A DNA stretch of 64,000 nt, taken from the NCBI GenBank assembly GCA_000320545.1, contig ADNK01001529.1:36807-100806 (forward strand), given 5' to 3'. The DNA is from Bigelowiella natans CCMP2755. Lineage: Eukaryota; Protista; Cercozoa. Both the position numbers and the translations under genes were made by a program. Below are positions 1 through 14,108 of this stretch, one piece after another (position 1 is the first letter of the stretch; the number at the start of each line of letters is the position of its first letter). The notes under the pieces were generated by a model, which saw only the letters and a list, made by a program, of their open reading frames with translations, did no database searches and had not been told where the DNA came from.

Positions 1-138
1 TTTTTCATCTCAGAAAAGAAAATATAATTGCTTCAGATGTAAAAAGAAGGTGTTCAGGTCTTGAGTGTAGGGAGCAGATTTGGATTATGCTGCGTCTTCA
101 ACACGTGCACAAAATTCTTGCACAAATTTTTTTCATCA

Positions 139-2148
139 CTACCTTCCTGTGACGATTACAGGTCGGCCATTCCACGTGCTGTCCGCTGTTTTTAGCGTAA
201 ATTTGGAGCCCCATTCGCCCTGATCTGGCCAAAAATTATCGACCTGGACTACCCACGTTCCGTCAAGAATCGGGTCGAGTTTCTGGTGCGACGTTTCGCT
301 CACTTCCACAACACCGTCATTACTGTTTTGGCGCATATTTGACGTTTTTGGAGTTTCTTTCTCTGGCACTGCTGTTGTCATCGTCTTCGTGGTCGTGGTC
401 GTGGTCGTGGCCGTCGACGATTTGGCATATTTAATCGCAACATTGGCATTCAGAGAGGCATTTTTGGCTTCCTTGTCCTTCGACTTTGTCTCTAAGAAAG
501 AATATAGGGAGATATTAGTTCCTCCTCGCTGCCTACTGCAAGAATATCTCACTGCAGTCTCTATTTCACCACCTTCCGTAGCAGTATTTGTCGTTTGTTG
601 CTCTTTAGAAGTTCTTTTCACAGTGTGGTTGCCTTGCGACCCACATCCACGAACAGCACCACCGTTGTTGTTATCATCCTTGTCATCGTCCTCATCCCTC
701 TTATTCCAGCTATCACGTAGATTACTTGGGTCTTCGTCTTCATTGACTGGTGAAACAATTTCTCTTTCTGGCTCGTTTATCTCGCCAACCTTTTCCTTCT
801 CCTCGATCTTCTCGACAATGCCCTTTCGCATACCTAGTGGGTACAACATTATTGATACTAGCACCAACTACTACTTGCACTGTCTTTTACTATACCAGGA
901 GAGTTTTTAGATGAATCTGGCAGCTCAGCACCTGGGGATGGTGGGCTGCCAAGTTGCCCGTTTTTTGCCTCATCCAAAATACCAGACGAGGAAGTTTTGC
1001 CATCCCCGATCAACTTCGAGAGTCTTGAGGAGAGCCTATTTGCCGTCTGGAAGAGATTGTTAATTCTCAGGTTTGCAGCGTCTACGTTTGCCACAGCTGT
1101 CTTTCCTTCAATAGGCCTTCCTGCTACAATCGATTTTGGAGCCAAGGCCGGGTGACGGTTATATGATCTTGCACGGCCCTTTAAATACTTATTTTACAGA
1201 ACGAATACGTAACAAACGTTACACCATATACATATACAATTCTAATAAATTTCATCCACAATTGTTGTATTTATGTGTGAAAGTTAAATCTTCCACCTTG
1301 TATCTGTTCGGATAGTCGTCCAGAAAAGCCTTGAACTCCTTGTAATCCACCTTCCCTGACTTGTCCGTGTCAATCTGGTCCCATAGTTGCTTCTGGACTT
1401 TCATCGATACGTTTTCCAGCCTTGATTTTTCTAGGCACATGCCGAGTTCTTGGAACGAAATAAGGCGGTCTTTGTTCGTGTCAGCGGTTCTCCACGCTGT
1501 CACTACCAGGTCCCACTTATCCCGAATTGTATTGCATATAGTGAGCAGGGAAATCTCAGAATTTCCATTCGTACTGTTGCTTCTGAAGCCCTCAGTTGCT
1601 TTGTCGAGTGCTTGCTTTGTTTCTGCACGCTGTGCCACGAGACGACGACCAAAATCCAGCATCTTCTTCAGACGGCGTTCGATTTGTTTAAGGGCTGTGC
1701 TACTCTGGGTCGCCTGTTGATAGGGAATTTCCATGATTCGTCGCTAGTTCGAAAAATGATACAAGGGATACCTTCTTGAGCTCTGGAGACATTGTGCTTA
1801 TTCGAGACTTTTCCTCATCAGAGGCCTGTTGTTCTTCATCACCTACCTGCGGATCCTGTAAAATGGAAGGGAGGCTGTCGTCCATGTTGATGACGATGGG
1901 CTTGCTCTCGTCTTTTTTGGAGTCCCCCCCTCCGTTGGGGGGAGTTCCCCGTTGCATATCAGCTGATTCTGAGTCGGTCATCAAGGATTTTGTGGGGAGA
2001 GTGTTTGTATTCTCTTCCTCATCTTGGGTTAGGCCCGCTACGTTGATTTGTGGGCCCAACTCTGAGCCAGCAGCCTTCTTTTCCTGAAATATATTATTTT
2101 CTTTTTAAAGGTATATTATTCATGAGTATCTATCTCACCTCGTTATTT

Positions 2149-2188
<40 letters not shown>

Positions 2189-2233
2189 ACTCTCTCACTC
2201 TATCTATATTTACTCACCTCCCTCCACGTAGAA

Positions 2234-2278
<45 letters not shown>

Positions 2279-3339
2279 TATAATATTGTTTTAGAGGGAA
2301 CAGAGGAGGGAGAGAACGAGAGCTGGGATGAGGGGAGGAAAGCGGGTCTACGCACCTCGGATCTGTTCGGATAGTCGTCCAGAAAAGCCTTGAACTCCTT
2401 GTAATCCACCTTCCCTGACTTGTCCGTGTCAATCTGGTCCCATAGTTGCTTCTGGACTTTCATCGATACGTTTTCCAGCCCTGATTTTTCTAGGCACATG
2501 CCGAGTTCTTGGAACGAAATAAGGCGGTCTTTGTTCGTGTCAGTGATTCTCCACGCTGTCACTACCAGGTCCCACTTATCTCGAATTGCATTACATATCG
2601 ACAACAAGTCGAGCGATGGCTCCAAAAGCTTCGGAAAGTCGTTGAGCGGAACAAATCCAGCTTTTTCCTTGTCAAAAATGTTCCAAAGTTTGTTCTTCGC
2701 CACAATGTGGATCTCGATCATTGCAGCATCCAACCCACGAATGAAGGCCTCCTTGGACAGAACCCCAATGTCTTCTTTAAACTCGGCCACGTCCTCAAAA
2801 GCGATTTGCAGCACATCCCACTTCTCCCGCAAAATAGATTTTAGATTCTCCTCATCAGCTCGGTCCCTACTCGCCCTTTTCTCGGCACGTATGCGCATAC
2901 TTTCTCGACGCTGCTTAAGAGCCTCTTCATCATGGTCTTTCGCTTCGGACGCGAACATTATAGTTCTATTGTGCATAGACAACTCACGCTTCAGTCTGCT
3001 ACGTTTTTTCTTCGGCTTGAACTTCTTGGCGAACAGTTCGAGATGTTTTAAAGTGTCCTTTTGTTTTTGGGCGCGCTGCGCGGCTGCGAGGGCGGCTTTC
3101 CTTTCATTCTCTCTGCGTTCGGCCTTTTTTTTTCGAATATAAGCATTTGCTTTGGAACGCTGGGCATCCCGCCGAGCCTTCTTCCGTGCTTGCAGCTCTT
3201 TTAGTTGTTTCTCCATCGCTGCGCGCTGTTGCCTCTCGCCAAAGTCTTCGGGATGTGAGGATGGTATCTTTCCGCTTGTTGTCGTCAACGTACTTTTCGC
3301 GAGACTTTTTTCCTCCTTTGTTTGCAATGGGAATCAAAA

Positions 3340-3377
<38 letters not shown>

Positions 3378-6300
3378 GGACAAATATGAAATATGGCCCA
3401 ATTTGAAATTAATTTCATTCATACTCGCTGTCGTGGCTCTTCATACTTGCGAATACAGAACGATAACATTACATCATATACATATACAATTCTAATAAAT
3501 TTCATCCACAATTGTTGTATTTATGTGTGAAAGTTAAATCTTCCACCTTGTATCTGTTCGGATAGTCGTCCAGAAAAGCCTTGAACTCCTTGTAATCCAC
3601 CTTCCCTGACTTGTCCGTGTCAATCTGGTCCCATAGTTGCTTCTGGACTTTCATCGATACGTTTTCCAGCCCTGATTTTTCTAGGCACATGCCGAGTTCT
3701 TGGAACGAAATAAGGCGGTCTTTGTTCGTGTCAGCGATTCTCCACGCTGTCACTACCAGGTCCCACTTATCTCGAATTGTATTGCATACAGTGCCTAGAT
3801 CAGGTTTATCAACCTTTGAAGCGGTCGGAGTCACACTTGCTGGAGAACCATCATCTGATTTCCGCAATGCTGCGTCTTTTGGCGCCGCTAATTGTTGGTC
3901 CGATTTACTCATACAACCGGCACTTTTCTCGCTCTTCTTCTCGCCCTTCAGAACTCGTTTCCTTCTCATTCTCGGTACGGGAGGCTTTAATTTTTTCCTT
4001 GGCAACACTGGTTGCTCCTCCACCGACATTTTCTTCCTTTCAACCTCTTCCTTTGCCTTCTTGCTCTTACCTTTTCCAGATGCAAGCTCCGACCTCGCCT
4101 TATTCCTAAGTTTAACGTGGCGGTCGAATTCCTTTAGCGCGGACTTTTTCGCATCCCGTAGCTCCTTCTCCAGTCGCCGCAGCTCTCGTTGCTCTCGTAA
4201 GGCTTGCATCGCTTGCTGCGACCGATGAGCGAGCTTCAACTGCGCGGCAATCACCTGCTCTCTTGATACACTGCTTGGGGTCTTACGGGTGCCACCTTGA
4301 TTTTTACCCCCTGTGAGTTTTCCCGTACCTCTGCTGCTAGTTGTGATGGGGGTAGCATCACTCAAACCACCTATTGATTCGGAAGCAACGCCTGGTGCGA
4401 GAGAAGTTGGGGCTATGGATAGAGATGAGGAGGGGTCTCCACTCCCCACCTGCTTTTTAACCACAGCAGTTTGGTTTTTCCTATCAGCAATACTATCTTC
4501 AGGTTCATCGTATCCATCTCTTCCTCCTCCTCCTCCTCCCCCATGCCATTTTCCAGTCACATCCTCCATACTTTCCTCGCTCCTGTCCCCGTACTTAATT
4601 TCCTCGTGTTCGCCCACAGCCCCGCTTCTTCCTTTCTCTTCCTCCTGAAGCATTCTAAGCAGAGCTTCCGTCGGCATTTGCAGCAGATCAACGAGACGAT
4701 GACGTTTCGAAAGTTTCTGCACAATCTCATCTATCCCTTGCACCGTTACCGCCTTCATCTTTCGCAGCGCCCGCTTTCTGAGCGCTTCAACTGGTGTTTT
4801 TCTTTCCTGTCGTAAAGATGTCAGTTGATCCGATATCATTTCGCCACTCACCCCTCCTAGATGCTTGTCTATAACGGATGTAGTGGGATTTGCGATACTC
4901 CGTGCCATAGCATTGTCACTAATCAACTCTTCGTCGTCATCGCCAATTACAACTTTTCTGTTTGCGCCGTTTTGGCTGTTTTGTTGTAGTTTCTTGGCGC
5001 CAATGCTGGCGATAGAGGTCTCATTCCGAGCAGCTAAGGCAGCACCGCTGTGCTTATTATCCTTCGCGAACTCTCCACGTTCACCATTCTTGAGTGATGC
5101 TATTGCGGGACCAGCCGGGGGGGGGACAGCGCCTGCATGTTTCGAACCGGACTTAGCGTCGTCGAACTGCTCCACAGGAGGCAGTATGGAGGCTGCCTCT
5201 CTTTTTTTCCCTCCTTCCCCTGAACTATGCACTTTGAGCATGCCTGCTTCTGATGCCGCCGCCGTTGGCTTCCTTGGCTTCCTTTGAACGAAGTCGCTAC
5301 CACCGTCGTTGATATCGCCTTGTTTGGCCTCGCCATCGCCGTTGTTTTGTGGGAGAACAGTAATGACAGGGTTTGGCTCCTCAGTAACAGCGGGCAACAA
5401 CCCAGACATTTGAGAGTCTTGGGGATCCTCATGAAGCAAGTCGCCTTTTTGATAATCATAAAGTTGATGATGGCATACAATACGACGAGCACGCGGATAT
5501 ACGCACACACATATATGCATAATACTAGTCAAAGTATTCCCTCCCTCACCCTTCTGTCTCCCCAACCGGTGTGCACAACTTAAGATCGTCATCGTCTAAT
5601 CTCTCATCCCAAACCCACTTTGAGAGTCTTCTGCCGAGCTGCCACAACCATTTTCTAAGTGCGAAATATGTAAAGATCCGTGTTGGGAATCTGCATCAGT
5701 TCCAGCATCCGAATACAGATCCTTCACTTCGTTTTCCTGGTGAGGCGTTTCGACCCCGGCTGCGGGCAGGGAGCTAGGCGCGTGGATGCCCAGCGACTCG
5801 ACAGCTGAACCTTTTCAAAGCGTGTTCGTGTGTGTGTGTGTTTTGTGTGTGTGTGCGTGTGACATGAATTAGTTCATATTTTGACTAGCGTATAGATATG
5901 AGCCGCGGGTTCGCAAGGAAAGAGAGCTCAAAATAAGTGGTTTTCTGTGAGGAAACCATATATTTCATATATGCTGTAATGGTCATAATTATTTTCATCG
6001 AAGACCTGGCTCTTGCAGATCAGACCAGGAATTCAGATAGCCCTCCCGATACGGCATCGCATTCTGATCAATAATGTGAATGAGCGTTCTATGAGTGTGT
6101 GTGGCTGCTATGCCTGTCGTGTGTCGAGTGTGATGTGTTCTGTGTTGTATGTATTGTGTGCCTGTCTGCCTGTCTGTCTGTCTGTGTGGGTGGGTGGGAG
6201 TGACGTATCCTAAATCATCATCAAAAATAACAACAGCTTCTAAAGCAATACCCATAGAGTCGTATCAAATGTAGGCTCATTTCCGTTGACAGCACCCACG

Positions 6301-7580
6301 TGCGGCATTTTCCCAAGGACATTGCGATTCACTCCCGAGGTATTCCTAAACATGTTTCAGAAAGTAAAAAATATTCGCAAATTGTACGTTTACATCTGCA
6401 AAAGCAGTTGTTCAGAGTTTCCAATCATAGCTAAGTTTAACTCCACACAAGTTCATACGCACCATAGTGATTAGAAAAAGCGTTATCATTCTCAATGAGC
6501 TATACTGTGCAGGCATAAAGCTCACACCTTTTGTTGCCGTCAATTGCTTTCTTTGTATTTTTGGATTTCGACACAGACGATGATGTCACCATAGGTTTCG
6601 TCGAGAGATTTGGAGCGTGTTTGCGTGCAGAGGCTCTCGTCTCTTGGACAAGCCTATGAGGAAGATATGAGAGAAGCTATTTGATATCTCCTCCATAATG
6701 TGAGTGTTTGTGTGTGCGCTTTGTGAATTATTTTCTTTCTGTTTTAATATTTTCCTCCCATCCTCTTTAACCCAAACCTGTTTGCCTCCTGACGGATTTT
6801 CCGAAGCACCTTAGAAGCAACGAACACCAAAAATAAATCAGTACTTTGCTCGATATGTTGGACGTAATTTGTGCAAGGAATACTGCAACATAGATAGTAT
6901 TCATGTCGGGTGGGGATGCGAACTTATTAAAAAAGGGCAAAGCTTCCTACATCTTTCGGATTGCGATGAGACATGAACATTTTTTGTATCGTGGACGTAT
7001 CCCGAGCAGCGTTTTGTTCTTTCCGCGTCGTCATTTTTTGGCGACTACGAAACCTCTGTTTCTCCGCATATGCCCTCCTTCTTTCCACAGCCGCAATTGC
7101 ACGGCTATGTGGCGTACCAGCATCGCCCAATGAGCGTTTGGCCTAATAATATGGGGTGAAACGAATGTTATCCTCCTTCTCTTTTAATCTAGATGCTGCT
7201 GTTGCCGCCTAAAGCGAGTCTAACCTCCTCTCGGTAATGTCGGGGCACCGCCTGCTCTTTCTCGAAGTCTTCTCCATCAAAACGGTTACGGGAGCATGGC
7301 ATGATGCTCCGTTTTGATTTTATCGTCTGAGAGAAATAGAAGGTTGTTATACAAAACTCTTCATCCCTATCTCGCTTCGTCTCTCCTCTGCTCTCTCCCT
7401 ACCCTCTGCCTGTCTCTCATCTCTTTGTTGTCACCAACACAACACCTTCTGACCTGCTTTGTGGGTACGAAATTCCAAGATCCCATCCCAGGTACATTAT
7501 CTTTGGGATTCGAGCCACGATTTGCAGACTGCCCTGGAATTGCTACAGAATAGGAGAATATGAACATATATAAGAGAGCG

Positions 7581-7620
<40 letters not shown>

Positions 7621-8100
7621 GTGTCGAGACTGCTTTGAGCGATTACAACTGAGCAATGTTCTCCCAATGGAACCAGAGTTTCGAAAGTCACATCTATTAA
7701 TAAATGCAACCGCTTGCATATGAAATCTCGTATCCGACGAGCTTTGCTGCCCCCCGTCCAGATCCGGGGCCTTCCCTGGGAAATTGAAACAAGGATTCTA
7801 TAAGTACTTCAAATACGAAAATATTGAACCCGGAAAATTTATTTGAATTGCATTATCTAATACTGATACGAAAGTTAACAGTATTTTGGTGCAAGTCAAA
7901 AAGATGATGTCACAACCGTGGCAGTTCTCCCCTACCACCAGCAGATGATGGAATCTGCATCCCCTCCAAGCGGCCTTCAACCGTTGGTTCTCCAAGATTG
8001 TACTTTTTCATTGGCGGTGGATGGTCTGGTTGCGCGTATCTTCTGAATTGAGAAGCTTTTCGGCTTCAAGCTCGTCCGGATGTCATGCGGTCAACCTTCC
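139..8100 (-). CDS. Very large multi-exon EF-hand protein with three near-identical EF-hand-pair modules plus coiled-coil/low-complexity linkers; runs off the window start; 5' exons (5.6-8.1 kb) approximate
   Basis: ORFs 3502-5592, 2200-3327, 1700-2059, 1252-1734, 858-1145 and 139-867 are separated by GT-AG introns; the 28-nt intron 1744-1771 and 38-nt intron 858-895 were checked and preserve frame. The EF-hand loops DTNKDRLISFQE and DTDKSGKVDYKE each occur three times. Confidence 0.7.
1225..1540 (-). repeat. EF-hand module copy 1 (includes adjacent intron sequence shared with copy 3)
   Basis: Near-identical to 3475-3790 and, over the coding part, to 2362-2600. Confidence 0.9.
2362..2600 (-). 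repeat. EF-hand module copy 2
   Basis: Same nucleotide sequence (atctgttcggatagtcgtccagaaaagcc...cccacttatc) as copies 1 and 3. Confidence 0.9.
3475..3790 (-). repeat. EF-hand module copy 3
   Basis: Matches 1225-1540, including the non-coding catatacatatacaattctaataaatttc tail. Confidence 0.9.
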
Positions 8101-8699
8101 GAGAGTGAAAGGTGTGATCCAAGACATAAAATTAAAGATGTGAACAGGATAGCTAAAACTTCTATAACCCACAATTACAACCCTCAGACCCTCCTTTTAT
8201 CACTCCTCTGTGCCCCTTCAGGAGAGAACGAGTGTGCTAATTTAGGGGGATAGGAACCTTCCAATTTACAACTTCCCGAATGTTATCTGGGTGTTGAAAA
8301 AGGGTATTTTCGAAATACATTTGATTTTGCGGATGCGTCTGCGTTTTTTCAAGCCATAATTTGATAGAGAGACCTGAATCTGGAATTCCCTCGCCCGTTT
8401 TAAAGATAGTGGATCTTAATCTCGGTGCCCTAATACCTTCCCGCCGTTTTGATTTTATGCTCGCCTGAGGGCAGGATGTGCTTGCTAATTTACACACTGC
8501 GACAACAATTTAAAAGTTACCGCTTCAAAGAAAACCCACGGCGTCTATTATTACGGCAATTTCACTCAGTCTCCAGTCTCCAACCTCGCACACCTCGTAG
8601 CATCAGGTGCTCCTTAGCAGCTTTTAGGTGAGAGCTACGGCGCCTCGGGCCCTCCCTGGGAATTCCCTTTTGGCAGGGTATATCGCAGATCGGATTTTG

Positions 8700-9528
8700 A
8701 AGTAAACATGATCTGAGTACACGTCCATGCGGCCGCTAAATTGGTCATGAAGCAATAAGAAGGAGAGAGACAGAAAAGAACAGAATACCGACCAACCCGC
8801 CGCAGTTCAATGTTAAATCGGTTGCGCTACGGGAAAATTGTCGATATCATTGGAGGAGGACCACAGGTGTGACAGCGCTGTCTCTCGCTGTTAAGCGCTG
8901 AAGTCTTGTGCTTCATCTTCAGTTTGGCCAACTAAAATTGCCTTTGTAAACCAAGGAGGCCGGGTGCCCGTGCTGTGGAGTCTTTGGTATGGATGGGAGG
9001 GATATCAAGGTAGCGTCAGACATTATGTAGCTTGTTGCAGCGGTAAAGGGGATTTATGTATGTCTTTATGATCTGCCATTTAGGACCGAATGATGGTCCC
9101 AGCTCGACCAGAGGCATGGAAGAAGGGGGGGGGCTTAAACATAGCATCAAAGAATCCCGAATCTAAGGAGAGTGAGAGTTTGGAGGGAAAAAAGAAGGAG
9201 GAGAAGGCGAAGAGATCATTCTCTATCTTCTCCTACCAAACAACGTCACAGTTGTTATGCTCGAAAGCAAACTTCCCGAAATCCGTGCCATCGGCATTAA
9301 AGTAAGCACTTGCAAGCAAAACTTGAAAACGGAAAAAATTGAAAACGGAAAAAATGTCAACATATGGTATAAAGTGTGATATATGTTTAGAGAGGGGAGA
9401 AAAAGAGAGAGAGAAGATGGGATTTCATATGTATTTTATATGAAAAGACACGTTTGCGCGTCTGTAAGTGTATAATTTATATTAATTATAATTTGTATTT
9501 TCACACACACACGCACACACATATATAA

Positions 9529-9587
<59 letters not shown>

Positions 9588-11059
9588 AAAATACAAAATA
9601 CAAAATACATATAGCAAAGCAAGTGCGTGCAAGGGAAATAGCAACTAGGAGTCACTTAAGGAACTCTCTCTCCCTCTTTTGCCGCAGGTGGAAAAACAGG
9701 GCAAGAACCTTGCTTTCCGAAATCGTGTTGCGGAAAGCAGGTAGCAGCACGTCACATGTTCTATGATATATAGCGTATATTTGAATATATTTGTGGCGTG
9801 AGTGGTACAGCTTTGTGTTTTGGGAAATAATACTTTGGTTTTATCTACAATATACAAATATATATATATATATATATATATATTAATCTAATCATCGACA
9901 TCGTTGCTATTTAATATCTTGTAAAGACGTCGTATGCCTGCAAGGACTCGATGAAAACCGAGTGCTCTCCTTCTGGGTCAAACGGCTTGCTCAATACGGG
10001 TACGCGATGATCCCTCCCCCTGGGCAACAAGAACACCGAAATCATACCCAGAGAGATGCTCTTGCTCCTGGTGTCCCTGCGACGGCTGGGAGTGGGAAAG
10101 AAGGGCAAGGCGGTGACAGTAAAGCTGTTAACAGTGACAAAAACAGGAGCAGCAGCAGCGACTACAAAAAGCGGGCAGGTACCTCTTCTCAGTCCGCACA
10201 TTCCCATCGCCGCAATCCCTGCCGCGTGGTTTCGACTGTGTTTTACCAAAGACGTATCTTTACCTGCGACATGTCTTTTCGGGCCCATGATGACAGAATA
10301 GCAGGTTGTCTCCTCCGTTTTAGAGAGGCGGGCGACCAGGACAATAGCAATGGTGGTGGTTTTTACGGGAGCAGCAGTAGTAGCAGCAGCAGCAGCAGCA
10401 GCAGCAGCGATGTCTCAAACAAAAGCAGTGGTGGCAATTCTCATGGGAGCAGAAACACGAACGATCGCCAAAGCCCAAAGAGAGCCGTCACGCTGACGAA
10501 GGCGTTGATGGTGGTGAGCACCGACCTCAGCATCACTAAAAAGCGCAATGACGATAGCCAAGGAGCTCATGATGATGGAGGAGAAAGAGGCGGAACAGGC
10601 TGTGAGCAGGGCAAGTCCTCTCCTTCCCCCTTGGACCCAGTAGGCATTGTGCGGCACTTTCTGGAAGAGATAGGCGAGAAACATGGCAAAGACATAACCG
10701 TCGTGGTCGCCGGGGACTTTGGCACTGACTTCGAACCTGGGAGCTCAAAGTATAAGAGGTTTGTTAATAGCAGTGGGGAAGGAAAAAATGGTGGCAAGGA
10801 AAACGACGAAGAGGGAGGGGATTCGCTGTCGCCTGTACAGTTTTTGGACAGCTATGCCTTCAGATTGCAAAATGGGGGCTTTGCAACTGCCTTCCCGCCG
10901 GAATCGGAGCCAAGCGTCACAGACTTCATCTTCTGCATGCAGGGTAATACGCAATTTTGCGGTTTTCTTTAATGATTGCGGGGTACGTTTTGTTGAAAAT
11001 GCCATTCGATATGCCGCTGATATGCTGCGCATATATCCATGAGTTTGTGTGTGTGTGTA

Positions 11060-11118
<59 letters not shown>

Positions 11119-11470
11119 TAATGCATGTATGTTACGAAGATAAGGGGGTTTATTATCGCCCACTGGGCCCCGTATAACCATGTGCCTATGTGTCGAAAAA
11201 GCTCCCGAAATTAAAATGCATCAGTAGCATGAGGGCGAGATTCATCCAACATCTCTTTCTTTGTGCCATACTGCCACACATATACCTCAACACGTTATCA
11301 TTATTATGCGCGACTGTTCTGTTTCTTCTCTCTCCATTACCATCATATATGCCTATGTCTTCCACGCAGATGGTCGTTTGGTTGTAGACGATGTTTTAGA
11401 ACTCCAGCATCAAAAGGCTCTCCTCGGTAGTGCTAGTAGTGGGATCTCTTACTATGCAACAGTAGTTTAA
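8700..11470 (+). CDS. Exonuclease/endonuclease/phosphatase (CCR4/nocturnin/Angel-like) protein, catalytic motifs degenerate; multi-exon, start approximate
   Basis: DVVCLQGLD (cf. DIICLQEVD) at ~9926, then VVVAGDFG (cf. GDFN), FLDSY and VTDFIF (cf. IDYIF) in ORF 9962-10972; last exon ~11370-11470. Confidence 0.6.
9530..9585. repeat. (TA)n microsatellite, representative of dozens of intronic (TA)n, (CA)n, (GA)n, (CAT)n and (GGA)n tracts across the window
   Basis: Directly visible; other examples at 2158-2183, 11065-11106, 48260-48303 and 53708-53766. Confidence 0.95.
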
Positions 11471-11596
11471 ATTGATAATAACTATTACAATAATGAAGAA
11501 GATGCGCCAGGCAAACTATGCTAATCGCCTTGGGAGATAACATTTTTACTCAATTTGCTTCAAGTGTTCGTATCAACAATAATGTTAGCATCATCT

Positions 11597-11635
<39 letters not shown>

Positions 11636-12848
11636 ACATATGGCCAGAATCTGAAGGTGCTCTGCCCAGTCCAAACTTTGGCTCTTTCCATCTCAGCTTG
11701 TGTGCGCTCATACACACCTCAGCATTGGCTTAGGAATTGATTATTAGCCAAAGCCTCATCTCAGGATAAATTATTGTACATGCATGTTCAATGAATGAGT
11801 TGCAAGATTGTACAGAGTTGCATTGTCATTGATGAGATGCCTGATGTGCATTTGAGGAGGGGGGGTTCCATGCGGTATCGTATGTCCGGAATGATGTCCC
11901 TGCCCCACTCGATGCGCTCGCCAGCTAGCATTGCCGTGTCAAGCTTATTGCAACAGACAAAGTGCATCCCATTCACACATGCTAACATGGCGAGGTGCTA
12001 GTTGACATCTGCGCATCGCAGCTTTGCGTGGCCACACTCATTTGCATGATGATGATTAGCTCGTTTGCACTGCAGTGCGGCTAGCTAGCATGGTCCATGC
12101 GTCATCATCATTGCCTCGCTACATCGCGAGTCCACGCACTAGCTAGGAGCAGTTGTGGCGCTCGATCACGCTGCCATGCAAGTGCTAGCGTGCAAAGCTG
12201 GCCATCCTCCATTCGACCGTCACGAACATAATCGTCGGAAGCTGTGACTCCAACGCATTCAAAAGGGTGTGCTTCGTTCAAGTCTAGCTAGCTAGTGGTG
12301 TCGTTCCACACCATTCTGGCATTGTTGTTGCTCGCACCAAGCTACCTAGCTACGCTAGCAAGGACGATGTGCGGGTGGCTTTCGTGCTCAGGTGCTGGTG
12401 AACCATGAAAGGGCAGTGTGCAAGCTTTGTGCAAGCAAGCTTTGCAGTGCGCCCACACAACGTCTCACACCGTCGTGAGCGCACCAGCTAGCGCAGCGTG
12501 ATTTGGTGGTGGCAACGACGACGTCAGACGTGCTGCTACGTGTAGCGTGTGACGGAGCGCGCGCAAAACGATTTTTGCACATGTAGCCGTGCATGCATGA
12601 ATGAATGAATCTGAAGTGAATCCAATGAGGCGATCTGAGAGGATCGCATGGGAGAGAGTGTGCCACACACAATTTCAAAAAATGTGTCCAGGGTGTCTGC
12701 TTGCACGAGCGCATGAGTCGGCGTGACATCGAAATTTTGTTTTCCAAAAATTAAAAATTCGGAGCAGTGTGGTGCAAGGCACACACCAACGGACAACAAC
12801 AATCCCACGAGCAGCGATGGAACCCGGAAAACGATACCCGTAGCGTCC

Positions 12849-13767
12849 ATGAGCAAGGCTGGCGACAATACCCTCCCGGGCCCACCCAAACCTCGGCGGT
12901 CTACCCGTGCAAAAGCATGGGGGGCTCTTTCGCATCGTATGCAGAAGCTTTTCTTCTCGAAGACTAGCAAGGTACCGACGGGCTTGGTGTAGCCAGGGTC
13001 AGATCCAATGAAGTCTCACTCGTCGCTGAATGCATAATTTCAGGAGCAAAAGTGGGGTCGCTACACCCTGACGCGTGTTCATGCCTCGCCGAACATCTAT
13101 ATCATCGACAACTTCCTTTCTGACAAGGAGATATGCCACCTTGGGAAGTACGTGGACACTGCCCCCTCCTCCTCCTCCTCCTCTTCCCTTTTCTTCTGGC
13201 AGTTTAAGTACCAGCTGCAATGGTCTTATAATATCCCCGATGCGTTCAGGTTTGCTGATGGATCCACATTCAAACGGTCTTACACTGATACGGAGAACGG
13301 TCATAGAACGTCGTCAGCAGCCTCATCTTCCCTCATGTCACTCTCTTGCCTACCGAGTGCTCTCCGCGCCGTCAAAACACCACCGGCGTAGCATTTGTAT
13401 TCCCCCCCCCCCCGCCGCTTATCGGGTATTTCTAATCGTTATGCAGGTGAGAAGGTCGTTTCTTCTGAACGAACCTCTTGTTTCACGTGGCTCGCAAAAC
13501 AGCAAGACTCTGTCATCCAGAGAATAGAGGTATTAGGGAAGCGACGTGTAATGGGATGGACCAGTAAGGCGACACACGCTTGGGCATGCTCCTCGATTTT
13601 TGCAACCAAATGTGCGTTGTCTTGACAGCGTGGTTTGACTAGCACCCTGTATTCTTAGGCGCGCGCTGGAGAGATTCTAGGATACTCGGATATCAACGTC
13701 GAGCCTTTCCAACTGGTGCGTAAGGAAAAATTAGGGAAGGGGGGGGGTTGCAGCTTCTGAGCTACGG

Positions 13768-13817
<50 letters not shown>

Positions 13818-14061
13818 CTGCTGCTGCTGGGCTTGATTTCTAGGTACGCTATACGCAAGGGCAGATGTTCAAAACGCACCACGACATGGTAAGAGCAACC
13901 AGCGGTTCCAACTCACGACACTGCCCATTCATCGTCGTTCGTAGTGTGCTGATCCTGCCTCTTCCATTACTACCCGATTTATTGCATGCTACAGGGGCCA
14001 ATTGTCGACGACGAGGGCATCCAAATTGTAATAATCAAGGAGCTTCCGATCCTTATAATAT

Positions 14062-14108
<47 letters not shown>

